Source: Anaerocolumna sp.
Lineage (GTDB): Bacteria > Bacillota > Clostridia > Lachnospirales > Lachnospiraceae
Direction: 5' to 3'
Length of the DNA stretch: 64,000 bases
NCBI GenBank assembly: GCA_047972335.1
Contig: JBKEAO010000052.1
Location: 18,935 to 82,934, forward strand
Part shown: positions 20,318 to 29,538 of the stretch, piece by piece
Numbering within the stretch: position 1 is the first letter of the stretch
Layout of the letters: every line of letters begins with the position of its first letter
Made by a program: the position numbers and the translations under genes
The notes under the pieces: model-generated
Databases searched by the model: none
What the model was told of the DNA's origin: nothing
What the model saw: only the letters and a program-made list of their open reading frames with translations

Positions 20318-21763
20318 ATGATGAGATCATTATATTCTGGTATATCAGGATTAAGCGTACACCAGACAAAGATGGATGTTATAGGTAACAACATTGCAAA
20401 CGTTAATACAGTAGGATTCAAAGCAAGTTATGTTAATTTTTCAGACGTATTTTATCAAACTTTACAAAGTGCAACAGGTCCAAATGGTACAACTGGTGCA
20501 GCTGGACAAAATGCAATGCAAATCGGTTTAGGAAGTAAAGTGGGTTCTATTGTTTCTTCACCAGATAAAACAGGTGGAGCACAAAGAACAGACAATCCTT
20601 TTGATATTATGATCAATGGTAGTTCTTTCTTCGTTGTGAATAGCGGTGGAAGTAATTACTTTACAAAGGCTGGTAACTTTATAGTAGATGGCAATGGTAC
20701 GCTTTGTACTAGTAGTGGTGCCACAGTTATGGGATGGCAAGTTGATCCTGATGATCCAACTAAAACAAAAGCTGATACAGTTTCCGCGCTAAAGATTATG
20801 TCACCTGAGAATGTATACTCTGCTCCAGAAGCAACTACTGATGTTTATGTATCTGGTAACATTGATCAAAAAGATGAGCAAATTGCAGCAGGTGCTAGTG
20901 GTAAAGTTGTGAATTTAAGCTTTTATGATAATTTAGGACAGGCTTATAATGCAAAGCTTGTATTAAAACAAGATGCAACAGACCCAAGTCAGTATACTGT
21001 AGAACTTGATGATATTACAGACTCTAATGGAGATTCTATATTCTCAGTGATAGATGATCCAGGTCCTCCAACAACGTATAAGGCTACAGGTCAATCTGTT
21101 ACTTTTGGTGGTGCTACATACGGTGGAACTATGATTGATACAGATACAGGAAAACCTATGTTATCAGGGGGAACACTTTCAAAGATTACTTTTAATGCAA
21201 GTAATGGTAAATTTGTGACAACAGGAGCTGATGGTACAAATGATCCAAGTTTAAAAATGGAAATTAGCGCGGCACCAGCAAGTTCATTTGCAAAAGAAAT
21301 TAACGTAGATTTCTCTACAATCACTATGTATGCAGGAAGTGGTTCCTCTAATTTAGAATCTACTATGGGTGACTTAGATGGACTTGGAACAGGACGTAAA
21401 GCAGGTAATATGTCCGGTCTTAGTGTAGATACCAATGGTAAGATATACGGAACATATGACAATGGAGATAGCAGATTATTAGGACAAATTGCTGTAGCAT
21501 CATTTTCTAATCCTGCTGGTTTGGAATCTGTTGGTGGAAATATGTTTGCTGAAACACAAAACTCTGGTAAATTCGATGGAGTAGGTCAAGATGTATCCAG
21601 TGATGGTGGTAGTTTTACCACAGGTGTGCTAGAAATGTCTAACGTTGACTTATCTGCACAGTTTACTGAAATGATTACAACCCAGAGAGGTTTCCAAGCG
21701 AACTCTAGAATTATAACCACTTCAGATACTTTATTAGAAGAATTAATTAACTTAAAGAGATAA
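20318..21763 (+). CDS. flgE: Hook protein FlgE
   Basis: MMRSLYSGISGL...DVIGNNIANVNTVGFK; LEMSNVDLSAQFTEMITTQRGFQANSRIITTSD. Confidence 0.96.
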   Translation: MMRSLYSGISGLSVHQTKMDVIGNNIANVNTVGFKASYVNFSDVFYQTLQSATGPNGTTGAAGQNAMQIGLGSKVGSIVSSPDKTGGAQRTDNPFDIMINGSSFFVVNSGGSNYFTKAGNFIVDGNGTLCTSSGATVMGWQVDPDDPTKTKADTVSALKIMSPENVYSAPEATTDVYVSGNIDQKDEQIAAGASGKVVNLSFYDNLGQAYNAKLVLKQDATDPSQYTVELDDITDSNGDSIFSVIDDPGPPTTYKATGQSVTFGGATYGGTMIDTDTGKPMLSGGTLSKITFNASNGKFVTTGADGTNDPSLKMEISAAPASSFAKEINVDFSTITMYAGSGSSNLESTMGDLDGLGTGRKAGNMSGLSVDTNGKIYGTYDNGDSRLLGQIAVASFSNPAGLESVGGNMFAETQNSGKFDGVGQDVSSDGGSFTTGVLEMSNVDLSAQFTEMITTQRGFQANSRIITTSDTLLEELINLKR

Positions 21764-21766
21764 CGT

Positions 21767-21860
21767 AAAAAAATAAATAGATAAAAAATATAGACAGATA
21801 AATAAATAAACAAATAAACCAATAAACAGATAAACAAATAAACAAATAAACAAAACAAAA
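21767..21860 (+). repeat. A-rich low-complexity tract (TAAA/CAAA/AGAT units) after flgE
   Basis: Read directly from the sequence. Confidence 0.8.
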
Positions 21861-21865
21861 TTAAA

Positions 21866-21990
21866 TTTAACTTAACTTCATAAACTCGAAAGAGTCACTG
21901 CAATAAAAAATATTAGATTGATAGTACCTATAGTTCTTTAACTAAAATGATTATGTCATGAAGTTCTTATTGCAGTGAAGTTAAGTTAAA
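21866..21990. other. Long interrupted inverted repeat with a side GAAA hairpin between flgE and flbD
   Basis: TTTAACTTAACTT + CACTGCAATAA pair with TTATTGCAGTG + AAGTTAAGTTAAA; ACTC-GAAA-GAGT inserted in the left arm. Confidence 0.7.
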
Positions 21991-22064
21991 AAATACAAGG
22001 TAAGTAGTCAAAATACTAAAAATAGCCTAGTAAAATAGCCTTACTGGTTAGAATGGAGGGTTCT

Positions 22065-22262
22065 ATGGTTTCAGTAACAAAATTAAGCGATGCCCAGATA
22101 ACACTGAATGCAGACCTGATTGAGACGATTGAAGAAGTCCCAGAGACAGTCATAACACTTACCAATGGGAAAAAAATACTGGTTAAAGAGAGTAGACAAG
22201 AGGTTGTTAATCTTGTAAAATGTTACAAAAAAGAACTTTTTTCGCAGTATAATCCAAAATGA
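22065..22262 (+). CDS. flbD: FlbD/SwrD family protein
   Basis: VTKL....TLNADLIETIEEVPETVITLTNGKKILVKES; ATG 22065 after GGAGGG. Confidence 0.9.
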   Translation: MVSVTKLSDAQITLNADLIETIEEVPETVITLTNGKKILVKESRQEVVNLVKCYKKELFSQYNPK

Positions 22263-22300
22263 TTTAAATTATAATTTATAAAGTTAGGTAGGTGGAAAGT

Positions 22301-23116
22301 GTGAATATAGCATCAATTATAGGTTTATTATGTGGTTTTGTACTTATGATTTTTGGCATAGTGTTTAATACCAAGCCAATCGGTATTGATCTAGGCAAGA
22401 TTAATAATTTTATCGACATACCATCAGTTTTAATCGCGTTTGGTGGAGCCTTTACAACATTATTAACAATGGAAGCTAGTTTGAAATCATATGTAAACAA
22501 ATTGGGATCATTTCGATTAATTCTTAAAACTCCTGTCAATAATGATGTAGATACAATTAAAAATATCATTGCTTTGTCTAACACAGCAAGAAAAGAAGGA
22601 CTATTGGCTTTAGAGGAAACAGCTACAACCATTGAAGATGAGTTCTTAAAAAAGGGAATTTTATTAATTGTAGATGGTACTGACCCTGAATTAGTAAGAA
22701 GTATATTAGAAACTGAACTAGGATGTATTGAAGCAAGACATAATGAAAACATTGGTTTCTGGGATAAACTAGCTGCAATGGGTCCTGCCTGGGGTATGAT
22801 TGGTACCTTAATTGGTCTGATTAATATGTTAAAGGATTTAAGTGATCCATCAACCATCGGTCCTAATATGGCAGTTGCCTTACTTACAACATTTTATGGC
22901 TCACTTTTAGCAAACTGGGTATGTATTCCGGTGGTAAATAAACTAAAAGCGATAAACTCTTCTGAAATCATGATGAAAGAAGTAGTAGTAGAAGGACTTT
23001 TATCTATCCAAGCAGGAGAAAATCCTAGGGTAATAGAAGAAAAACTTAAATCCTTCTTAAATCCATCAAGCAGAGCTGCCTTTAATGAGGACAAGGATGG
23101 TGATGAGATTGGCTAA
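22301..23116 (+). CDS. motA: Stator A subunit (MotA/PomA/MotP)
   Basis: ARKEGLLALE, FLKKGILLIVDG, GPAWGMIGTLIGL, AVALLTTFYG, EGLLSIQAGENP; GTG start assumed. Confidence 0.95.
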   Translation: MNIASIIGLLCGFVLMIFGIVFNTKPIGIDLGKINNFIDIPSVLIAFGGAFTTLLTMEASLKSYVNKLGSFRLILKTPVNNDVDTIKNIIALSNTARKEGLLALEETATTIEDEFLKKGILLIVDGTDPELVRSILETELGCIEARHNENIGFWDKLAAMGPAWGMIGTLIGLINMLKDLSDPSTIGPNMAVALLTTFYGSLLANWVCIPVVNKLKAINSSEIMMKEVVVEGLLSIQAGENPRVIEEKLKSFLNPSSRAAFNEDKDGDEIG

Positions 23117-23921
23117 GAAGAAAAAAGCAGATATAGAATCCGCTGGCTCTCCTTGGTTGGCAACATTTGCCGATTTAATGAACTTGTTACTCTGTTTCTT
23201 TGTATTGTTGTTTGCCTCATCAACTGTAGATGCTGAAAAATATGAGCAGATTGTAAACTCCATGAGCAATACATTTAGTATATTTAGTGGTGGTGGTTCT
23301 GCCATAGATGAGGGAAGACTAATTTCCTCTGGTCTTTCTCAGTTAAATGAGCTAGATGAATATAGCTCCCAAACAGGTAAAAACGGGGAAGATTCAGATT
23401 CAGAAAGTTTTGAAGAATCAGATGCCCTAGAGGAATTGTTAGAGGAAAATAAAAAAGCAACGTTACTTATTTATGAAGATATAGCAGAACAATCCACAGA
23501 AAATAATCTGAATAAGTACATTGAACTAAGTGTGGATTCTAGTTATCAGTTTGTTAAAATTTCTCTTAGTGGATCCATATTATTTGATTCAGGAGAGGCT
23601 AAGTTAAAGGACAGTTCGTTACCTGTATTTGATAAACTGGCTGGTATACTTACCTTTTACAAAGAACATCATATAGAAATAGAAGGTCATACCGATAATG
23701 TGCCAATTAAAAATAGTACATATTTAAATAATAATTGGTTATCCTCTGCAAGAGCTTTAAACACAGCAACTTATTTGATTGAGGAGAAAGGTATGGATCC
23801 GAAAACTCTAAGTTGGACGGGGAGAGGAGAATACGAACCAGTGGCAAGTAATGCGACTAGTGAGGGTAGAGCAAAAAATCGTCGTGTGGAAATAAAAATA
23901 TATAATAAAATTAATAATTAA
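23109..23921 (+). CDS. motB: Stator B subunit (MotB/PomB/MotS)
   Basis: WLATFADLMNLLLCFFVLLF TM; OmpA-like IEGHTDN, NWLSSARA, NRRVEI; TTG start assumed. Confidence 0.95.
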   Translation: MAKKKKADIESAGSPWLATFADLMNLLLCFFVLLFASSTVDAEKYEQIVNSMSNTFSIFSGGGSAIDEGRLISSGLSQLNELDEYSSQTGKNGEDSDSESFEESDALEELLEENKKATLLIYEDIAEQSTENNLNKYIELSVDSSYQFVKISLSGSILFDSGEAKLKDSSLPVFDKLAGILTFYKEHHIEIEGHTDNVPIKNSTYLNNNWLSSARALNTATYLIEEKGMDPKTLSWTGRGEYEPVASNATSEGRAKNRRVEIKIYNKINN

Positions 23922-23956
23922 AAATGGGAATTGCCAGATGGCAGATGGGAGTTGTT

Positions 23957-24475
23957 ATGAAAAAAAACCTCTTAACTATTTTAATCCTCGCTTTGGGGGT
24001 ATTAAATATGATATTAACAGCAGTGATAGTATTTGCCGTTGTTCCTACTACCATGAGGACCAACGCGTTAATCTCTAAGGTGGCTTCTACAATAGAACTT
24101 GAGTTAGAGGGTGCAAACAGTGAGGATACAGACAAAATAAATATTGCAGATATTGAAAATTATAATATCGAAGAAAAAATGACAATTAATTTAAAAAATT
24201 CTCCGAATGATTCTAAATCTCATTATGCTTCTGTAACAGTTTCCTTATCTGTTAACAAAAAAGCGGAGGATTATTCAAAACTTAGTGAATCCATTGCTAG
24301 TAATGAAAATGCAATCAAAGAAATTGTTAGAGATGAATTTATAAATTATACAAAAGAAGAAGTAACAAATAATGATTATAAAGAAAAGATTAAAAGTAAC
24401 ATTTTATTAAAAATACAGGAATATTTTGATTCCGATTTTATTGTAGGTATATCGACAGGAATACTTGCAGATTAA
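23957..24475 (+). CDS. fliL: Basal-body associated protein FliL
   Basis: N-terminal TM, MTINL...HY, between motB and fliM. Confidence 0.85.
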   Translation: MKKNLLTILILALGVLNMILTAVIVFAVVPTTMRTNALISKVASTIELELEGANSEDTDKINIADIENYNIEEKMTINLKNSPNDSKSHYASVTVSLSVNKKAEDYSKLSESIASNENAIKEIVRDEFINYTKEEVTNNDYKEKIKSNILLKIQEYFDSDFIVGISTGILAD

Positions 24476-24545
24476 ATTATTTTGATGATTTTAATTAGAA
24501 TTTGTGATATTATGGTATTGAGTAATCACCCGGGAGGTAATGACA

Positions 24546-25523
24546 ATGGGCGACGTCTTGTCTCAAAATGAGATTGACAATCTGCTTAAGGCGTTAAGCA
24601 GTGGCGAGTTAGACGCAGAGGAATTTAAGGAGAATGGTGAAAAGGTAGTCAAAAATTATGACTTTGCCAGACCTTCAAAATTTTCAAAAGAACATCTTAG
24701 AACTTTGGAAATTATATTTGAACATTATGGAAGATTGCTATCTACTCATTTGCCGGCTTATTTTAGAAATAACGTACAAATCGAAGTGATCAATTCTGAA
24801 GCTGTGGCTTATTCAGAATTTACCAATGCCTTATCTAATCCGGTTTTACTTGGTATTGTGGATTTCTCACCTTTAGAAGGTAATATAATCATAGAAATTG
24901 CAGACAATCTTGGTTATGCCATGGTTGATAGAATGCTTGGTGGAGGCGGATTACCTTTAGAAAAATCGAGAGATTTTACAGAAATTGAATTAATCATTAT
25001 GGAGAGAATATTTAATGTTTGTACAAACCTATTAAGTGAACCATGGGATACTGTTGTACATGTAGAACCAAGACTTATAAGAATTGAAACCAATTCTCAG
25101 TTTGCGCAGATTATTCCACCTAGTGAGATGACTTCAATTATAACGATGAATATAAAAATTGGAAATGTAGAAGGTATGATGAATGTGTGTCTTCCTTTTA
25201 CATGTTTGGAAAGTATAATAGATAAATTAAATACGAAATATTGGTTCTCTACTATGCAAGTAAAAGATGATAAATCTTATCAGGAGTTAATAGAGATGGC
25301 GATTGCGAAAGCGAAAATACCAATCAAAGCTATTTTAGGCAAAAGCTCGATTTCAGTAAATGATTTCCTTGGATTGCAAATAGGGGATATAATTAAATTA
25401 AATACTAAGGTAGACGAAGAACTTGATATTTACGTTGGTAATATAGATAAATTCAAGGCTTTACCTGGAGCATCAACAGATGCTTACGCCGTTAGAATTT
25501 CATCAATTATTAGGGAGGAGTAA
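24546..25523 (+). CDS. fliM: Motor switch protein FliM
   Basis: VLSQNEIDNLL CheY-binding peptide, YDFARP.KFSKE. Confidence 0.96.
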   Translation: MGDVLSQNEIDNLLKALSSGELDAEEFKENGEKVVKNYDFARPSKFSKEHLRTLEIIFEHYGRLLSTHLPAYFRNNVQIEVINSEAVAYSEFTNALSNPVLLGIVDFSPLEGNIIIEIADNLGYAMVDRMLGGGGLPLEKSRDFTEIELIIMERIFNVCTNLLSEPWDTVVHVEPRLIRIETNSQFAQIIPPSEMTSIITMNIKIGNVEGMMNVCLPFTCLESIIDKLNTKYWFSTMQVKDDKSYQELIEMAIAKAKIPIKAILGKSSISVNDFLGLQIGDIIKLNTKVDEELDIYVGNIDKFKALPGASTDAYAVRISSIIREE

Positions 25524-25530
25524 CTAAGTT

Positions 25531-26700
25531 ATGGATGGTATGTTGTCTCAAGAAGAGATTAATGCACTTCTAAGTGGGATGGATTCTGCTATAGATAATG
25601 CAAATGATATGTCTACAGAATCTTTGTCTGAAGTGGAAGAAGATGCAATAGGTGAAGTATCTAATATTAGTATGGGTACAGCAGCGACTACACTGTCATC
25701 TTTGGTAAACCAGAAGGTAGTAATTACAACTCCTATTGTTTCTTATGCAACATGGGATGATCTGGCCAATAATTTTGACAGACCTTGTATTTTTACACAG
25801 ATTTATTATAAAGAAGGTTTAGATGGAAATAATATTTTGATTCTAAAAGAATCAGATGTTAAGATCATTACAGATTTAATGTTAGGTGGAGATGGAACCA
25901 ATGTTCCTGGTGACTTATCAGAGTTACATTTAAGTGCGATTAGTGAGGCTATGAATCAGATGATGGGATCAGCGTCTACTTCCCTTTCTGCAATGCTTGA
26001 AAGAAGGGTAGACATTACACCACCTATTTCAAGTTTGGTGGACTTAAATGAATCGATAGATGCGGCTAATATTGCACCATTTCTAAAGGCACAATTTGTT
26101 AGAGTTTCCTTTAAGATGGAAATAGGGACACTTGTGGATAGTGAAATAATGCAACTATACCCAATTGAACTTGCAAAAGATATCTATAAAAAGTTCATGA
26201 AAGAACAACAAAGCACACAAGTTCCTGAAAATACGATAAAGGAGCCCACCACAGTGAATACCTCAAGTGGTGAAAATAATCAAACTATGCAGATGAATTC
26301 ATTTGTAAATAACCCTAACGGGCAAATGTATCAAGGACAAATGCCAAATGTTCCAGTAAATGGAGGTATGAATGGTATGAACTATGGGTTCCCGCCTATG
26401 CAAGATATAAATGTATCTCAAGTACAATTTCAACCATTTTTGGGAGGCTCTCAAAATGCCAATCAACCAGAAAATATAAATTTAATTATGGATGTACCCC
26501 TAGAAGTTACTGTTGAACTTGGTAGAACAAGTAAATCCATAAAAGAAATTCTTGATTTTTCACCAGGAACTATTATAGAATTAAACAAGTTAGCTGGTGA
26601 ACCAGTGGACGTTTTAGTTAACGGTAAATTTGTAGCAAAGGGAGAAGTAGTAGTGATTGAGGAGTCCTTTGGTATAAGGGTGACCGAGATTGTTAAATAA
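25531..26700 (+). CDS. fliY: Switch phosphatase FliY (CheC-like + FliN)
   Basis: LSQEEINALL; DAIGEVSNISMG and SAISEAMNQMMG; IMDVPLEVTVELGRT. Confidence 0.95.
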   Translation: MDGMLSQEEINALLSGMDSAIDNANDMSTESLSEVEEDAIGEVSNISMGTAATTLSSLVNQKVVITTPIVSYATWDDLANNFDRPCIFTQIYYKEGLDGNNILILKESDVKIITDLMLGGDGTNVPGDLSELHLSAISEAMNQMMGSASTSLSAMLERRVDITPPISSLVDLNESIDAANIAPFLKAQFVRVSFKMEIGTLVDSEIMQLYPIELAKDIYKKFMKEQQSTQVPENTIKEPTTVNTSSGENNQTMQMNSFVNNPNGQMYQGQMPNVPVNGGMNGMNYGFPPMQDINVSQVQFQPFLGGSQNANQPENINLIMDVPLEVTVELGRTSKSIKEILDFSPGTIIELNKLAGEPVDVLVNGKFVAKGEVVVIEESFGIRVTEIVK

Positions 26701-26733
26701 ATTTTATTATTACAATAGGATAGGAGAATAAAG

Positions 26734-27096
26734 ATGGCAAAAAGTATTTTAATTTGTGATGATGCTGCATTTATGAGAATGATGATTAAGGATATTTTAA
26801 GTAAGAATGGATATAACATAGTTGGAGAGGCAGAAAATGGTGCCAAGGCGATTGAGAAGTATCATGAAACAAAGCCTGACTTAGTTATGATGGATATTAC
26901 AATGCCTGAAATGGATGGTATCCAGGCTCTTAAAAAAATTAAAGCAGATGATCCTAATGCAAATGTTATTATGTGTTCTGCAATGGGACAGCAGGCTATG
27001 GTTATTGAATCCATACAGTCTGGTGCAAAAGACTTTATTGTGAAACCTTTCCAAGCTGACAGAGTGCTTGAAGCTGTTAAAAAGGCAGTGGGTTAA
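26734..27096 (+). CDS. cheY: Chemotaxis response regulator CheY
   Basis: DDAAFMRMMIKDIL, MDITMPEMDG, SAMGQQ, FIVKPF. Confidence 0.95.
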   Translation: MAKSILICDDAAFMRMMIKDILSKNGYNIVGEAENGAKAIEKYHETKPDLVMMDITMPEMDGIQALKKIKADDPNANVIMCSAMGQQAMVIESIQSGAKDFIVKPFQADRVLEAVKKAVG

Positions 27097-27104
27097 GAAC
27101 AGGA

Positions 27105-27512
27105 GTGTTGGGAATGGCTATTTTGTCAGGTAATCTTTCAGATGATAACAGCGTATTGCAAGTAGTAGGATTACTACTAGTATTTATTATTATACTTGTA
27201 GTGACTTATTACACAACCAAATTTGTAGCTGGCGTCAAAATGGGCGTGACTAAAAATAGTAACTTTAAAGTTCTTGAGACATATAGGCTTTCACAGACTA
27301 AATATCTACAATTGATTCAAATTGGAACGAGGTATTTTGTGATTGCGGTTTCCAAAGATCATGTTGAATTTCTGGCAGAGTTAAATGAAGGTGATATTTT
27401 TATGGAGGATAGAAATTTACAGCCAAGTAGTAATTTTAAAGATATCATTTTCAATGCCATAAATAAGCAAAAAGAGAAGAATAAAAATACTGATGAAAAT
27501 AGTCAGGAATGA
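27105..27512 (+). CDS. fliO: FliO/FliZ export chaperone
   Basis: TM then KVLETYRLSQTKYLQLIQIG; before fliP; start uncertain. Confidence 0.85.
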   Translation: MLGMAILSGNLSDDNSVLQVVGLLLVFIIILVVTYYTTKFVAGVKMGVTKNSNFKVLETYRLSQTKYLQLIQIGTRYFVIAVSKDHVEFLAELNEGDIFMEDRNLQPSSNFKDIIFNAINKQKEKNKNTDENSQE

Positions 27513-27534
27513 TACATCATTAAGGTTGGTTTTT

Positions 27535-28407
27535 ATGAAAAAAATAAAAAATAAAATAATAAAACATATCATTCTCATTTTTAGTATTTTTATTGTATCT
27601 AGTATTATAACCTTTGGTTATTCTACAAAAGTTATGGCTACTGGGACCGGTACGACTACAGATACTGAGGATAATACTGCTACAGAGGATACAACTTCAG
27701 GAAGTGATAATGATGATTTAAGTGGTTCTATAGGGCCATTTCAGTTTAACCTTAATACCGGTGAAGAGGAAGGCGGAATTTCTTCAACCTTACAGATTAT
27801 GCTGGTGCTAACTCTGATTTCATTGGCGCCATCTATTCTAATCATGGTAACTTCTTTTACGAGAATTATAATAGTGTTGCATTTTGTGCGTTCCGCACTA
27901 GGAACTCAGTCAACTCCACCCAATCAGGTATTAGTTGGCTTAGCTTTATTTTTAACATTTTTTATTATGTCTCCCATATTTACACAGATTAACACAGAAG
28001 CCATTGGCCCGCTTAACCGTGGAGAGATAACAGAAGAACAAGCACTAGATGCTGGTATTGCACCGCTTAAAACCTTTATGTTAGAGCAAGTTAAGGCACA
28101 GGATTTAAAACTGTTTGTGAATATAGCTGAAGTTGATACAGAAAGTATGGAATCTGTTAACGAAATACCTACTACAGTTATTATACCGGCATTTATAATA
28201 AGTGAGCTAAGGACAGCCTTTATTATTGGGTTTCTGATCTATATTCCATTTATTATTATTGACATGGTAGTTGCATCTGCCCTTATGTCCATGGGTATGA
28301 TGATGCTTCCACCAACAACCATTTCCATGCCTTTTAAAATATTACTATTTGTAGTAGCAGATGGTTGGAATTTGATTATTGGATCTTTAGTAAAGACTTT
28401 TTATTAA
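27535..28407 (+). CDS. fliP: Export gate protein FliP
   Basis: TSFTRIIIVL, PPNQVLVGLALFLT, PAFIISEL, MGMMMLPP, DGWNL. Confidence 0.96.
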   Translation: MKKIKNKIIKHIILIFSIFIVSSIITFGYSTKVMATGTGTTTDTEDNTATEDTTSGSDNDDLSGSIGPFQFNLNTGEEEGGISSTLQIMLVLTLISLAPSILIMVTSFTRIIIVLHFVRSALGTQSTPPNQVLVGLALFLTFFIMSPIFTQINTEAIGPLNRGEITEEQALDAGIAPLKTFMLEQVKAQDLKLFVNIAEVDTESMESVNEIPTTVIIPAFIISELRTAFIIGFLIYIPFIIIDMVVASALMSMGMMMLPPTTISMPFKILLFVVADGWNLIIGSLVKTFY

Positions 28408-28479
28408 CCCTTATGAATAGATTAAGAATAACTTTATAACGCAAAGATGATAGAAACCAATACTGGATAGGAGCTTGAC

Positions 28480-28755
28480 ATGAATGAGAATGTAATTATT
28501 GATATAACCAGACAGACACTGTGGATTATAATAAAAGTGTCAGCTCCTATATTGCTTATTTCGCTAGTGGTTGGACTTGTGGTAAGCATTTTGCAGACTG
28601 TCACATCCATTCAGGAACAGACCCTCACATTTGTTCCTAAATTTTTAGCTATTTTTCTGGTTATTATGTTGTTTGGTGGATGGATTATGACAGAAATCCG
28701 TGATTTTATGGTGGATTTGATGAATAATCTGAATTATTACATTAATATACTATGA
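28480..28755 (+). CDS. fliQ: Export gate protein FliQ
   Basis: GLVVSILQTVTSIQEQTLTFVPK. Confidence 0.96.
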   Translation: MNENVIIDITRQTLWIIIKVSAPILLISLVVGLVVSILQTVTSIQEQTLTFVPKFLAIFLVIMLFGGWIMTEIRDFMVDLMNNLNYYINIL

Positions 28756-29516
28756 CCTTTACATTTGAAGGGTTTGATGTATTTTTATTAATTCTTGTGA
28801 GGATAACGGGTTTTGTATTTGCAGCTCCCTTCTTTAGTGTGCCAAATGTGCCACAACGAGTGAAGGCTGGTTTTTCTATGCTATTTGCACTTGTACTTTT
28901 TCAAGTTGTGCCAGCTACCATTTCATATAGTACAGTTATAGAATTTGGTGGACTTATTATGAAAGAAGTACTAGTAGGTGTGTTGTTGGGCTTTTTTACA
29001 AATGCATGCTATTATATACTTAATTTTGCTGGCCAGTTAGTGGATATGGAAATTGGCTTTTCTATGGTAAATCAGTTGGATCCAGTTTCACGAGTTCAAA
29101 CAACGATTACTGCTAATTTATATTCTTATATCGTAATCCTTATATTACTGGTGACTAACTTTCACCATTATCTGATTACAGCCTTTGTAGATACGTATAA
29201 GCTCATACCACTTGGAGAAGCTAATATCAATCCCAATTTATATTTAATCATGTTAGATTATATAAAAAATTTTTTTATCATTGGTTTTCGAATCGTATTA
29301 CCCGTATTTTCAAGTACTCTTATTGTGAATACCATTTTAGCTATCCTGGCTAAGGTTGCACCACAGATGAATATGTTTGTTATAGGTATACAATTAAAAA
29401 TTATTGTGGGCTTAGTAATCCTTTATTTACTTGTAAGATATATGCCTACCGTTTCAGCCTTTATTTTTGATGAAATGATGAGGATGATGAAGTTAGTGAT
29501 TGAGGCCATTTCTTGA
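28752..29516 (+). CDS. fliR: Export gate protein FliR
   Basis: AGQLVDMEIGF, KVAPQMNMFVIG. Confidence 0.95.
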   Translation: MTFTFEGFDVFLLILVRITGFVFAAPFFSVPNVPQRVKAGFSMLFALVLFQVVPATISYSTVIEFGGLIMKEVLVGVLLGFFTNACYYILNFAGQLVDMEIGFSMVNQLDPVSRVQTTITANLYSYIVILILLVTNFHHYLITAFVDTYKLIPLGEANINPNLYLIMLDYIKNFFIIGFRIVLPVFSSTLIVNTILAILAKVAPQMNMFVIGIQLKIIVGLVILYLLVRYMPTVSAFIFDEMMRMMKLVIEAIS

Positions 29517-29538
29517 TGAAAGTATGTGGAGGGGTTAG

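Noticed and set aside
21586..21858. Hydrophobic - strand ORF (MFCLFVYLF...) as a type I toxin
   Set aside because: Its hydrophobicity simply reflects the reverse complement of the A-rich tract; no convincing RBS
21881..21906. TCGAAAGAGT resembles part of a c-di-GMP-I riboswitch
   Set aside because: Only the GAAA hairpin matches; the tetraloop receptor arm and P1 are absent
22276..22857. Long antisense or alternate-frame ORFs in the track (e.g. 22276-22857, 37571-38116, 42445-42903, 9319-9765, 63615-63881)
   Set aside because: Shadows of well-conserved + strand genes, with no recognisable motifs
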